From IMG/VR virus record IMGVR_UViG_3300044941_000276, positions 1 to 64,000 of that record: a DNA stretch of 64,000 nt; one strand, written 5' to 3'. The first letter of the stretch is position 1, and each line of letters begins with the position of its first letter. Positions 41,150 to 50,141 of this stretch are shown here, piece by piece. The notes under the pieces were generated by a model that saw only the letters and a list, made by a program, of their open reading frames with translations, was not told the DNA's origin and did no database searches. The stretch comes from a virus. The position numbers were made by a program, and so were the translations under genes.

Positions 41150-41392
41150 CTAATTTTTAACGTATTCTTTTTTTCTTGCACGCTGTTTCATTCTAACTTG
41201 GTGCATATATTTTCCTAAATTTATAAAATCATCTTCAGATGAAGCTGATTTTGCCATTTCAATAAGCTTTTTAGTTTCTACTCTTGATATAACTAATTCC
41301 CCTCCTCTTAGATACATTTGAGGATTTCCGTTATGATCAAGAAGTACCATATTAGCCCCCGGTGGCTTTAATAAGTTTTTTTTTGATTTCAT
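41150..41392 (-). CDS. Small crAss-type protein (80 aa)
   Basis: MVLLDHNGNPQMYLRGGELVISR...LGKYM resembles the C-terminal part of crAss DUF192-containing proteins (recalled, unverified). Confidence 0.5.
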   Translation of the reverse strand: MKSKKNLLKPPGANMVLLDHNGNPQMYLRGGELVISRVETKKLIEMAKSASSEDDFINLGKYMHQVRMKQRARKKEYVKN

Positions 41393-41666
41393 TTATAGTA
41401 TTGTTATTAAAAAACGGATAAGTTTCTATAGCATAATACGCATCATATTCTTCTACTTTTTGATTAGGTTTCATATAGTAACTAGTTATAACTTGAAAAT
41501 CTTTGTCAGTAAATATAACTTTTATAGGGAATTTCATTCCCGATGTATGAATATGTTTTGTGTTGGGAAAAACAAATATTTCATTGGGTGATATTTTACT
41601 ATGACCTAACAAACCCTTTTTCTTTTCTTCGATGGTATTAAATACTGTAATTTTAAAGTCTCTCAT
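41352..41666 (-). CDS. DUF192-like protein
   Basis: Start ATG 41666 overlaps the upstream TGA; NTIEEKKKGLL...IFVFP...MKFPIKVIFTDKD...YYAIE follows the DUF192 pattern. Confidence 0.6.
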   Translation of the reverse strand: MRDFKITVFNTIEEKKKGLLGHSKISPNEIFVFPNTKHIHTSGMKFPIKVIFTDKDFQVITSYYMKPNQKVEEYDAYYAIETYPFFNNNTINEIKKKLIKATGG

Positions 41667-42022
41667 CGTTTTAACAAACAAACTCCGTTAATATCACATT
41701 GATTATCTGACAAATTATCTATAACAAACTTAGTCAATTTTCCAAGTTGCAATAGTACCATAGGACATTTACAATCATTATACTCATCAACTAAGCGATT
41801 TATTTCTTTTGCGTAGTTATCCCTGATAATAATTTCACCTACTTCTATTTCAGCAATTTTAAGTTGATTATCGTATCGAGTTGTTTCTATTGGTACTAAA
41901 GGGATACCTTTGTCACCAATGTTATTCCTTTCTCTATGCAATACACCTGCAGTAATTATACCGCCAATCTCATATTTTCGTTTCAGTGTACTAGTAATAT
42001 TTTTAAATACCAATCCCCCCAT
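41663..42022 (-). CDS. crAss-type small virion protein (119 aa)
   Basis: KYEIGGII, AGVLHRERNN...KGIPLV...AEIEVGEIII, similar to a domain I recall from crAss head-cargo proteins. Confidence 0.55.
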   Translation of the reverse strand: MGGLVFKNITSTLKRKYEIGGIITAGVLHRERNNIGDKGIPLVPIETTRYDNQLKIAEIEVGEIIIRDNYAKEINRLVDEYNDCKCPMVLLQLGKLTKFVIDNLSDNQCDINGVCLLKR

Positions 42023-42052
42023 TGCGAACTATAATGATTTTTTATAAATTTG
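42021..42052 (+). promoter_or_regulatory. Bacteroidota sigma-A-type promoter for the + strand gene pair
   Basis: TTG at 42022-42024, 20-nt spacer, TAAATTTG at 42045-42052, ATG at 42080. Confidence 0.6.
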
Positions 42053-42079
42053 TATGTAATAATTAATCGACACAAATAT

Positions 42080-42325
42080 ATGAAAACTTTAATTTTAACA
42101 ACTATATTATTTATTTCTTCTTCAGTTATAGAATTATATTATAACGCTATTAATGTTTATCGTCTTTTAAATGATCAGAATGAACTATACTATGCTGAAA
42201 ACATGGATACAAAAGGTATTGAGCCAATAGTAGCAGAAGAATTTGACATTGATGATCGCTATTTAAAAGATGCCGATAGCGTAAAGATAGTTTATGATTC
42301 TGTGTTTTATGTTTATTTGAAGTAA
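42080..42325 (+). CDS. Small exported or membrane-anchored protein (~81 aa)
   Basis: MKTLILTTILFISSSVI signal/anchor-like N-terminus; ATG 42080 is in frame with the listed ORF. Confidence 0.6.
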   Translation: MKTLILTTILFISSSVIELYYNAINVYRLLNDQNELYYAENMDTKGIEPIVAEEFDIDDRYLKDADSVKIVYDSVFYVYLK

Positions 42326-42326
42326 T

Positions 42327-42674
42327 ATGAAAAAAATACTTATAGTTTTTGGATTCTTAATCTTTGCTTTGAAAGGTGTTGCGCAAACTTCTTTACCTGT
42401 AGAAGACTTAAAAAACACTTTATCTAAGTATGCAAAAGTAGAATATAGCTATTCAGAAGACGACTTCTTTTCAGTAGATGAAAACAATTCTTATTTTTAT
42501 AGTTTAAAGTTTCATTTAAACAGCCAAAAAGAAGTATATGAACAATATAAAAATAAGTTAGTGGAAATGACAAAACAATACAAAAAAATAAAAATCTACA
42601 ACAGCAATAAAACACTAGTTGAACATAAATCAGAACCTTATTACAGTTGGACACATTTTATGTTTTATAATTAA
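42327..42674 (+). CDS. Secreted protein with Sec signal peptide (115 aa)
   Basis: MKKILIVFGFLIFALKGVA-Q: SPI-like signal with Gln at +1, common in Bacteroidota. Confidence 0.7.
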   Translation: MKKILIVFGFLIFALKGVAQTSLPVEDLKNTLSKYAKVEYSYSEDDFFSVDENNSYFYSLKFHLNSQKEVYEQYKNKLVEMTKQYKKIKIYNSNKTLVEHKSEPYYSWTHFMFYN

Positions 42675-42700
42675 CTTCTCATCTTATAAATTATAAATAA

Positions 42701-42736
42701 AAAAATAAGCCTCTACTTGATAGAGGCTTATTTTTT
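42701..42736. terminator. Bidirectional intrinsic terminator
   Basis: AAAAATAAGCCTCTA-CTTGA-TAGAGGCTTATTTTT between convergent genes. Confidence 0.85.
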
Positions 42737-43721
42737 ATTTACCGTAGTTTTTTCCTGGTTGTATTTGCCCTTTGTTTACTTTTCTAAAATTATTTCCTGG
42801 ACCTATACCTTCTTTTGTTTTTCCTTCCATTTCAGCAGAATAAGGCGCTAATCGTTCGCTATTCAAAGTTTCATCAAATTCTGGAAGCCTAATTAGTTTA
42901 CCAGTTTCTTCATCTTTGTAATATGCTTCTTTTACACCAGGATAATTCTCAACACCCATGTAAGATCTACCTTTCCAAGTTAGTGGAATTCTGCGACTAC
43001 CAGAATTTTTAATTACGAAATAGTTAGGTTTATATTGTTCAGTAGGTGGAGGTGGGGGCGGAGGCGGAACAATTTTTGGTTGTTGGTTAACTACTCCAAG
43101 ATCATATTCCATATCTGAAGTTAAATTGTCAAAACCTCTGAAACTGCGATTTTTTTCTTTTGCTTTTTTTGCAAGATAGTTATTAAGTTCATCGCGATAC
43201 GCTGTTATTGCACCGTTTTCTTTTAAATCAAACGTAATGCCAGTGACATCATCTTTATATTTTGGAGTTATTTTACCTTGTTGACCAAGCTCTCTTGCTC
43301 TTTCAATAGCAATTGCTTGTATCAATAGCTGAGCTTCATACGGTTTAATTCTACCAGCATCGAGAAGATCTATTATCTGCTGTTGACTATTTACTTCTGG
43401 AAACCTTGATCTAATTGTAGCTAAAGCTTGATTGTTTTTATTTACTTGCGCTTGAGTTTGAGCGCGTCCACGACGAACATAGTTGCTTTTTTTACCAACT
43501 ATATCAACGGTATTAAGATTAAAGTTAACATCGTTTGTTGTTTGAGAACCAGTGTTTTGATTTTTTGGAACAGTACTTCCTCCTTGTTGATACATCATCG
43601 GGTTCATACCTCCATTTCTAAATGATGGAAGTACACCGCCAACTTGAAAACTATATCCCAAAGCAGTTGGAGATTTTAGTATATCTATAGCGGGTCTCGG
43701 AATCAATCTTTTCTTTCTCAT
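42735..43721 (-). CDS. GG-motif hypothetical protein (328 aa)
   Basis: Three N-terminal motifs FQVGG, FRNGG, YQQGG; poly-Pro linker; N-terminus similar to 43960..44427. Confidence 0.65.
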   Translation of the reverse strand: MRKKRLIPRPAIDILKSPTALGYSFQVGGVLPSFRNGGMNPMMYQQGGSTVPKNQNTGSQTTNDVNFNLNTVDIVGKKSNYVRRGRAQTQAQVNKNNQALATIRSRFPEVNSQQQIIDLLDAGRIKPYEAQLLIQAIAIERARELGQQGKITPKYKDDVTGITFDLKENGAITAYRDELNNYLAKKAKEKNRSFRGFDNLTSDMEYDLGVVNQQPKIVPPPPPPPPTEQYKPNYFVIKNSGSRRIPLTWKGRSYMGVENYPGVKEAYYKDEETGKLIRLPEFDETLNSERLAPYSAEMEGKTKEGIGPGNNFRKVNKGQIQPGKNYGK

Positions 43722-43898
43722 TTTCTACTTAATATTTGTACGTACAAATTTTTATTGTTAGCTAATGTATTTAGTTTTATTTTTAAAAAAAATTCTTTTT
43801 AAATAAATATTGTATAATTATAATAATCGCGCGCTATTCTTATATATTAATCGTCGTAAAACAAAATAAAATTATTTTTTTGTTTTATTTAAAATAAA

Positions 43899-43937
43899 AA
43901 TTAAAAGAGTTTCTATTATACAGAAACTCTTTTAATT
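43899..43937. terminator. Intrinsic terminator hairpin
   Basis: AATTAAAAGAGTTTCT-ATTATAC-AGAAACTCTTTTAATT just downstream of the stop at 43960. Confidence 0.7.
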
Positions 43938-43959
43938 TATTGATTGTAAAAAACTATTA

Positions 43960-44427
43960 TTATCTATCTTGTTTGAATTTACCACCAGAAGCAATACTTT
44001 TTAATTTAGCGTACTGAGCGTCTGTTAGTTGACTCATTCCTTGAGGATTTGCTCCAATTGACTCTAAGTAATCTACTATAGCCATAAAGTTTGGATGATT
44101 TGGACCTATTTCCATGTCTTGTGAATGACGGGTATTGTTACCATAAAGATTATTATAAGTCATTTTTTTTCCTGCTATTATACTTCTAATGCCTCTAGAT
44201 CCATTTTGGATATGTACATAATTTTGTTCAACTTCAGGTACTCCAACTCCTTGTTTATTAGTCCAAATGGAAGGTTTTCCAGTCTCGCCACGATACCTCA
44301 AATCTTCTTGTTGTCTTTGGCTAGGAGACATCGGAAACATGCCTCCGTCTTGATAAAAAGAAAGTCCCAACGGGGTAAATTCTGAAAGAATAGATCTTTT
44401 TCTTCTAGGTATAAGTTGTTTTTTCAT
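43960..44427 (-). CDS. GG-motif hypothetical protein (155 aa)
   Basis: MKKQLIPRRKRSILSEFTPLGLSFYQDGGMF; partial paralogue of 42735..43721. Confidence 0.65.
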   Translation of the reverse strand: MKKQLIPRRKRSILSEFTPLGLSFYQDGGMFPMSPSQRQQEDLRYRGETGKPSIWTNKQGVGVPEVEQNYVHIQNGSRGIRSIIAGKKMTYNNLYGNNTRHSQDMEIGPNHPNFMAIVDYLESIGANPQGMSQLTDAQYAKLKSIASGGKFKQDR

Positions 44428-44492
44428 AATTTTAAAATAAATTGTTTAAACGTTTATTTAGTTGAATTAAATAATTATTTATTATAACATAA

Positions 44493-44500
44493 CAAATGTA
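44493..44500 (-). promoter_or_regulatory. Bacteroidota -7 element (TACATTTG)
   Basis: In an AT-rich intergenic gap ~65 nt upstream of ATG 44427. Confidence 0.4.
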
Positions 44501-44616
44501 CATTAAAGTAATAATATTAGAAATAATAAGTGTAATCAGTAAAGAAAAAATATTTCATCGTATTTTATTTTAAAAATTAAACTTGTCATCTAATATTTTA
44601 CATACTTCACTCACAT

Positions 44617-44991
44617 TTATTTTCCAATTGACGCTAAGTAATTATAATAATCAATATCTTTTTCTTGCGAACCAAAAAATTGATTTATTACCGTTCTGTT
44701 TTCTGGATCATCTTTTGCATAAAATAAAGATTCTTGTTCAGCCAATGACTTTAAATGCTGATGTTCTGGTTTAAAATCTACAGACAAACACCAAACTTGT
44801 TGGTAATTATATAAACGATTATCGTTTAATTCAAACACTAACTCGTTTATTTTAGTGGCGTTCCAAAAAGACAGATGTCCAATTTCATCTCTTGGTACAG
44901 AATTTAAAACTTCTATAAAAGTTGAAATCTTATCCAATCCAAATACATAAATAGTTGGTGCTCTTTCTATTTGTTCAATCTCTTCACTCAT
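44617..44991 (-). CDS. Small acidic hypothetical protein (124 aa)
   Basis: ORF downstream of a fibre-like gene. Confidence 0.55.
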   Translation of the reverse strand: MSEEIEQIERAPTIYVFGLDKISTFIEVLNSVPRDEIGHLSFWNATKINELVFELNDNRLYNYQQVWCLSVDFKPEHQHLKSLAEQESLFYAKDDPENRTVINQFFGSQEKDIDYYNYLASIGK

Positions 44992-45009
44992 ATCGTTTAA
45001 CTTATAATA

Positions 45010-45858
45010 TTACAAAGAATAAAAATCTGCGTATGTAGTGCCTGCTGTGTCTGGCGTTGTGTTGTTATACGGTGTAACAGTTAATTGTCTTGTGCTTGGG
45101 CGACAAATGGGTGCTTGCCCGTTCACACGGTTGAAGTCTATACTGATAAGATTCTTTAAGTCTGATATAGCTACTTTACCAGCTTGGTGAGCAGCGTAAA
45201 TTGTTCCATAATTATGAATAGCACGTAACTCTTCTGATGAACATTCTTTTTCTAACAAAATTTCAAAACTGCGGATATATCCTAAAAACGCGTTTTGTGC
45301 TTCTCTTGGCACAGGCCCTAACCTGCGATTTGGATAAGCTCCAATAGCGGCAAAATTACTTGTTGTATTTCTTCTTACATTAAAATTGTATTGCTGTGTG
45401 TATCGTCTACCGTTGAAAGTATTATTTGGATTTTCTACAATCGGATTTGAATTATATGCAACAGAAAAAATAGAACGTCTGTTTGATGTATTAATATTTA
45501 CTCCCACTGATTTTCGCCCTGTTAATACAGTAGATGGATGTAAAGCTAATGAAATTTGCGAAAGGAGTTCAGTCCCAGCATAAAGAATGTATAAATTTAC
45601 TCTTCCTTCCCCTGATACCCAATCGCTCAGCCCCTGATTAAATATTACGTTGCCGCCATCATTAAAGCTAACTGGCTCCGTCCTTTGATTAAAAAATGCT
45701 ACCGAAACTGTTAAAGGTATCTGCAAAAACGGCAAAGTATCTGCGCCGTCGCCAAGCAATATCCACCTGTTTACGTTAAACAACATTGCATTGCCCGCCA
45801 ATGCGCTGCGGTGAAATTGGTTATCTCTATCGCCTAAAACTTTAACTAATCTACTCAT
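45010..45858 (-). CDS. Putative lectin/LamG-like structural protein (282 aa)
   Basis: Beta-rich; AIGAY...FLGYIRSFEILLEKECSSEELRAIHNYG resembles a LamG C-terminus; locally higher GC at the 5' end. Confidence 0.45.
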   Translation of the reverse strand: MSRLVKVLGDRDNQFHRSALAGNAMLFNVNRWILLGDGADTLPFLQIPLTVSVAFFNQRTEPVSFNDGGNVIFNQGLSDWVSGEGRVNLYILYAGTELLSQISLALHPSTVLTGRKSVGVNINTSNRRSIFSVAYNSNPIVENPNNTFNGRRYTQQYNFNVRRNTTSNFAAIGAYPNRRLGPVPREAQNAFLGYIRSFEILLEKECSSEELRAIHNYGTIYAAHQAGKVAISDLKNLISIDFNRVNGQAPICRPSTRQLTVTPYNNTTPDTAGTTYADFYSL

Positions 45859-46706
45859 ATTTTATTTACAACAAACGTTCCTATTGCACTAGTATTACTT
45901 CCTGAATAATTAACCCAAACTTGAACAGCATATGGTTGATTTGCAGGTACAGCATTAATCGCTGAGTTCAAAGCTGCTAAAGTTGTCAAATCCCCAACTG
46001 TAAAATCATTTACATCGTTATTTATTATCAAATTATAAACAAACGTACTACCATTATTGCTTGTGGCTGATACAAATTGATATTTTGCAGAACCATCAAA
46101 ATATAAAACAACATCTTGTGAAATACCTTGAAAGTTATATTGAAAATTAGCAGGAAGAAAAGTTGATGCGTAGTTTAAACAGATACCACAATCTGTTCCT
46201 TGTGTGTAATCTTGTACAGTGATTCTAAGAGAATAAGGTAAAGAAGTTGTACCAAGAGCAGATATAAGTTGAGCTTGGGTTAATTGAGGAATACCCGTCC
46301 AGTTAGTTATACCTAATCCTGATGCTAATTGATATTGAATACCTACACAAGAATTGAAAACATTTACAAATGATGGATTGTTTAATCTAACGTTAGATTC
46401 AAATACTAATGATTTACTTTGTCCTCTAAAATGAAAAGAAACCCACTGTTCTATGAATAATTCAGGTAATATATCAATAATTTCTTTAGGACAAGATTCT
46501 CCGTTGTTATCTACGATCAGCCGCACTCTGATAGTTATTTCACCTGTAACTTCGTTATCTGGTATATTAGCAGATATTGTTAGAGTATTAACAGTTTCAG
46601 TAAGAGTACTTGATCTTACAACATTACCTACTAAAACCTCTGCGGTTTTAGTAAAAGGTAAACCTGAAGAATTAGTAAAAGTATATGTTTTATTTAATAC
46701 TGGCAT
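45855..46706 (-). CDS. Putative structural/decoration protein with an internal two-fold repeat (283 aa)
   Basis: N/T/V-rich; LTQAQLISAL...PYSLRITV and LTTLAALNSAI...PYAVQVWV; N-terminus similar to 48002..48223. Confidence 0.5.
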   Translation of the reverse strand: MPVLNKTYTFTNSSGLPFTKTAEVLVGNVVRSSTLTETVNTLTISANIPDNEVTGEITIRVRLIVDNNGESCPKEIIDILPELFIEQWVSFHFRGQSKSLVFESNVRLNNPSFVNVFNSCVGIQYQLASGLGITNWTGIPQLTQAQLISALGTTSLPYSLRITVQDYTQGTDCGICLNYASTFLPANFQYNFQGISQDVVLYFDGSAKYQFVSATSNNGSTFVYNLIINNDVNDFTVGDLTTLAALNSAINAVPANQPYAVQVWVNYSGSNTSAIGTFVVNKI

Positions 46707-46709
46707 CTA

Positions 46710-48002
46710 CTATGTTATAGTTAATCTTGGAAAACTTAAAAACGGATTTTCTCCATATATATAAGGATAACTCGACACCATATCAAATTGACCTCTTATG
46801 TTTGTACTATTATTAAATAAGACTAAGGGTCTAGTACCTTCTGGTAAACTTAAATTACATGATATTAGAATAGGTCTTGTGTTATATCCGCCTGTTATAA
46901 AAGGAGATATATATTGATTATCGTGTAGTGTATTATAAGTATGAGAAAATCTATTACCATAATTAAACTCTACGTGATTTGTAGCTGAATTAAAATTGAA
47001 AGTTAAAAGGTCAGATAGTTCTAATATTATGCTACCACAAGAAAGATTAAAAGGTCCCTCAAATGGAAGAAATGAATCGGTATATACACAAGTAGTTCTT
47101 TTTTTAATCTTATACCAAGCTCTAAACTTTGTGAAACGACTGTCAGGTAACATAGATACATTTAATTTTAGACCCGCGTATGTCATACTACCTATTTGCA
47201 CATTATACGTTACAAACGCATCAAAAGAAGCATCCATTTCTTCCCTTGTTAATTCAAAAAGGTATCCATAAAATCCACAAAATGCATCTTCTTCGTTATA
47301 ATTATTAGGGTTTGTTGGTACTCCCACAAAACGAGGAGTACAATCATACCAGTTACATCTACGGTGTCCATGCTCAAGATATAACCACCAAGATTTAGTT
47401 AGATTTGAATTAAAAAATGCTACTAATAAACCTCCGTCTAATGGAGGCACTCTTAATGTATTAGTTAAATTATCACTGACTGCATCAGTTCTAAGTCTAT
47501 AATTTTCATCTGTATATATAATGTTTGGAAATCTAGCAAGATAACTTTCTGGATTAAATGCGCAATTAGGATAACCGTGAAAAAAAGCACCTTGCCCCCA
47601 TCCTATATGTTTAATATTTACTATTAAATTTCTTCCATAAAAATATGAGGCGTTTTCGGGACGAGAAGCATTTCTAAGCATAGATGATTGTCTACTAGAG
47701 CCACTGGTTAGACTCATATAAGGAAAATTAAATCGATATAACCCAGATTCTTCTGAATAATATTGATTCATATTAAGGCTATTGTTACTATATTGTGTGT
47801 AACAAACAGCTGGTAAACCTAAACCTTCAAAATTATCTTCGTCTGTGTATCTCCTATTATTATCACTAGGAACAAAAAGCGCACCGCCACCGGCTACACC
47901 TTGCATTCTTATTCTTTCACTTGGCGATGAGAAATTGATTCTATTACTCTCCGAATAACTGATATTATCAGTTATTGTTTTATTACATTCAATACAAGCC
48001 AT
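46710..48002 (-). CDS. Hypothetical aromatic- and Cys-rich structural protein (~430 aa)
   Basis: Probable start ATG 48002 (MACIECNK) overlapping the upstream TGA. Confidence 0.6.
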   Translation of the reverse strand: MACIECNKTITDNISYSESNRINFSSPSERIRMQGVAGGGALFVPSDNNRRYTDEDNFEGLGLPAVCYTQYSNNSLNMNQYYSEESGLYRFNFPYMSLTSGSSRQSSMLRNASRPENASYFYGRNLIVNIKHIGWGQGAFFHGYPNCAFNPESYLARFPNIIYTDENYRLRTDAVSDNLTNTLRVPPLDGGLLVAFFNSNLTKSWWLYLEHGHRRCNWYDCTPRFVGVPTNPNNYNEEDAFCGFYGYLFELTREEMDASFDAFVTYNVQIGSMTYAGLKLNVSMLPDSRFTKFRAWYKIKKRTTCVYTDSFLPFEGPFNLSCGSIILELSDLLTFNFNSATNHVEFNYGNRFSHTYNTLHDNQYISPFITGGYNTRPILISCNLSLPEGTRPLVLFNNSTNIRGQFDMVSSYPYIYGENPFLSFPRLTIT

Positions 48003-48223
48003 CAGGGACAATAATCTATACTGTTTATACTAATCTTTATTTGATAATCACCAACATTCCCAATAGGAAGTGAGCCGCTACTAACTGTTATTGTTGTTGG
48101 AGTAGTAGTTACAATCAAAGGTATAACTGTAGATCCTTGAACAAAATCAGCTGATATTATATAATCAGACAATTTAGATGGATCAGATATATTGAGATTA
48201 TATGTTTTATTTACAATTGGCAT
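48002..48223 (-). CDS. Small beta-rich hypothetical protein (~73 aa)
   Basis: MPIVNKTYNL...CP, similar to MPVLNKTYTF...CP of 45855..46706. Confidence 0.55.
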   Translation of the reverse strand: MPIVNKTYNLNISDPSKLSDYIISADFVQGSTVIPLIVTTTPTTITVSSGSLPIGNVGDYQIKISINSIDYCP

Positions 48224-48228
48224 AATTT

Positions 48229-48942
48229 TTACCATTTAACGCGATCAGACCAGAACGCAGCACTCATTTTACCCTTTGCTATATTTTTAGCATGACGTGC
48301 TTTAAACGCTTCTCTTCTTTTACGATAACTTTCTGATTCACCCTCTTTTTTAGGTGAACCTTTTACACCTTGTTGACCAAATCTAATCAGTTTTTGTTTT
48401 CCTCCTTCACAAGCCAATACAACATGGGACTTGGTTTTATGATCAGGGGTACGCTTTGGAGTATTGCATTTTAATGCTCCACCTTGTTTAAAATATCCAA
48501 CTCTTTTTTTAAAGTTTTCAATATCAGTGGATATGTTTTCTCTTTTAAATTGAGCTATTACATCATCGGTAATATCTCTTCTATTCTTTTTATCTCTAAT
48601 TTTTCTTATGATATTAACGATACCATCAACCATAGCTTTATCTTGTTTGTTTACAGTACCGCCGCTTTTCATTTTAGAATACAGATTTTTTCCATATTGC
48701 TTCATTCCAGAAATGTCATCTACTGGTCTAAGATAACCTCGTACAGAAGATTTATTGTCGCGACGTAGTTTACCGTTCACTAACTTGTATCCGTCTAAGG
48801 TGTGATCTCTATTAGTCTTGGTTCTTACAAATTCCATAGGTCTATCGCCTTGATTTAAAGTTCCTCCCTTTTTTAAAATCGCAGCAATCCAATTGGAACC
48901 ATTGCAAGATTTTTTATTTTTTTTATACCTGATGCCTGCCAT
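48229..48942 (-). CDS. Basic GG-motif protein with a conserved phage C-terminal domain (237 aa)
   Basis: LKKGG, MKSGG and FKQGG separate modules; C-terminal PKRTPDHKTKSHVVLA...KLIRFGQQGV...FKARH...SAAFWSDRVKW is a widespread small basic phage domain. Confidence 0.65.
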   Translation of the reverse strand: MAGIRYKKNKKSCNGSNWIAAILKKGGTLNQGDRPMEFVRTKTNRDHTLDGYKLVNGKLRRDNKSSVRGYLRPVDDISGMKQYGKNLYSKMKSGGTVNKQDKAMVDGIVNIIRKIRDKKNRRDITDDVIAQFKRENISTDIENFKKRVGYFKQGGALKCNTPKRTPDHKTKSHVVLACEGGKQKLIRFGQQGVKGSPKKEGESESYRKRREAFKARHAKNIAKGKMSAAFWSDRVKW

Positions 48943-49744
48943 ATATTAATCCTCCATACTCTTTCTTTTCTTTATCCCATTGATCTTCACTGCCCCAATT
49001 ATACACAAAAAGATCGGGATCGATATAACTAGTTTTAACTACTTGAGGTGTGTTATTTAGTTTTTTTGAAACCATAGTACACACATATTTTACTGATTCT
49101 TTGTATGTTTTCTTATCGGTAGGTGTCGGCAAAGACATAAGATACCTATATCCGTAAACGTTAGCTCTAAATGTTCTAAAATCTTTAGATGAGAAATATG
49201 GAGACGTTTCATCTTTAATAAATTTAGTAAGAGTATAATCATCTATATTAAAAACAGGATCATATCCCGATTGATAAATAGATATAACATATTGACTAAG
49301 CTCTTTATCAAGAACAAAATGATTATCTACATGCTTTTTGCCAATAAAATCAAACGATACAATACCATTGGGAGATATTTTTATGTGATTTCGCTCCATA
49401 GTAGTAAGACCATAAGTCTTAGCAAGAACTCTCTTACCTTTTTCTTTGTATTCGGAATAGAAACCCTCAGCGCTATCTTCATTTCCTATTCTGATACCAG
49501 TTTTTAATATAATCAATGTTGCTACTGCACAATTATATCTTATTGATGTTGGGATTGATTTACTGCTATTAATAATATTTCTTAGTTTATTAACAATTTC
49601 GGTATATCTGCTAGCAATCATAGCAACCCTGTTAAATTTTACATCGGTTGACCCATTTACATTCCCGTAAAAACCTACTTCTCGTCCATCTATTAAAAAA
49701 CGATGACTATATTTAACATCTCCTCCCTTTTTAAATCCTATCAT
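48923..49744 (-). CDS. DNA topoisomerase IB (bacterial/poxvirus-type catalytic core)
   Basis: TGIRIGNE (R), YGLTT, FDFIGKKH (K), SSKDFRT (K/R), KLNNT (N at the His position), VVKTSYIDP (catalytic Tyr). Start ATG 49744 overlaps the upstream TGA. Confidence 0.9.
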   Translation of the reverse strand: MIGFKKGGDVKYSHRFLIDGREVGFYGNVNGSTDVKFNRVAMIASRYTEIVNKLRNIINSSKSIPTSIRYNCAVATLIILKTGIRIGNEDSAEGFYSEYKEKGKRVLAKTYGLTTMERNHIKISPNGIVSFDFIGKKHVDNHFVLDKELSQYVISIYQSGYDPVFNIDDYTLTKFIKDETSPYFSSKDFRTFRANVYGYRYLMSLPTPTDKKTYKESVKYVCTMVSKKLNNTPQVVKTSYIDPDLFVYNWGSEDQWDKEKKEYGGLIYGRHQV

Positions 49745-49986
49745 TTCCAATTAACGTTTTTACCCATCGACTTTTTTCTTTTAATTGCTTCAAGTTTATT
49801 ATTATCAGGACAATCAGATAGAGTTGGTCGGCATAATCTTTTCTTTCCAGCTCTATCTCCACCACACGGACCTCGTGATATACAATCTACCCAACCTTTT
49901 CCGCCATTTCTACTAAACCATCCACGCAGTCCTTGCTCTCTTTCTTTATCAAAGATACCGCCTTTTTTAAACTTTAATCCCTTCAT
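49741..49986 (-). CDS. Small basic Cys-containing protein (81 aa)
   Basis: FKKGG, GLRGWF...GWVDC...PCG...LCRP, a recurrent small phage domain; ATGA coupling at both ends. Confidence 0.65.
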   Translation of the reverse strand: MKGLKFKKGGIFDKEREQGLRGWFSRNGGKGWVDCISRGPCGGDRAGKKRLCRPTLSDCPDNNKLEAIKRKKSMGKNVNWK

Positions 49987-50141
49987 GACTTTTTCTTTCT
50001 ACATTTAGACATGTACCCAGAACGATAAGCGCTGGTTTTTGGACCATATATCTCTACAGCTTTGCGATAACAATCATCCTTAGTACCAGAACCTTTATAT
50101 CGAGGTATCGATTTGCTCTTTTTAAACTTTAATCCTCCCAT
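49983..50141 (-). CDS. Small basic protein (52 aa), below the ORF-track cutoff
   Basis: Hand translation MGGLKFKKSKSIPRYKGSGTKDDCYRKAVEIYGPKTSAYRSGYMSKCRKEKS*; start overlaps the upstream TAA and stop overlaps the downstream ATG. Confidence 0.7.
   Translation of the reverse strand: MGGLKFKKSKSIPRYKGSGTKDDCYRKAVEIYGPKTSAYRSGYMSKCRKKKS

Noticed and set aside
41150-41392. Ubiquitin-like protein (LRGG)
   Set aside because: LRGG is internal, the flanks do not suggest a beta-grasp fold, and no E1/E2/JAB genes are present.
43722-44616. tRNA or structured ncRNA in the AT-rich gaps
   Set aside because: No cloverleaf or T-loop motif seen; the only strong structure is the terminator hairpin.
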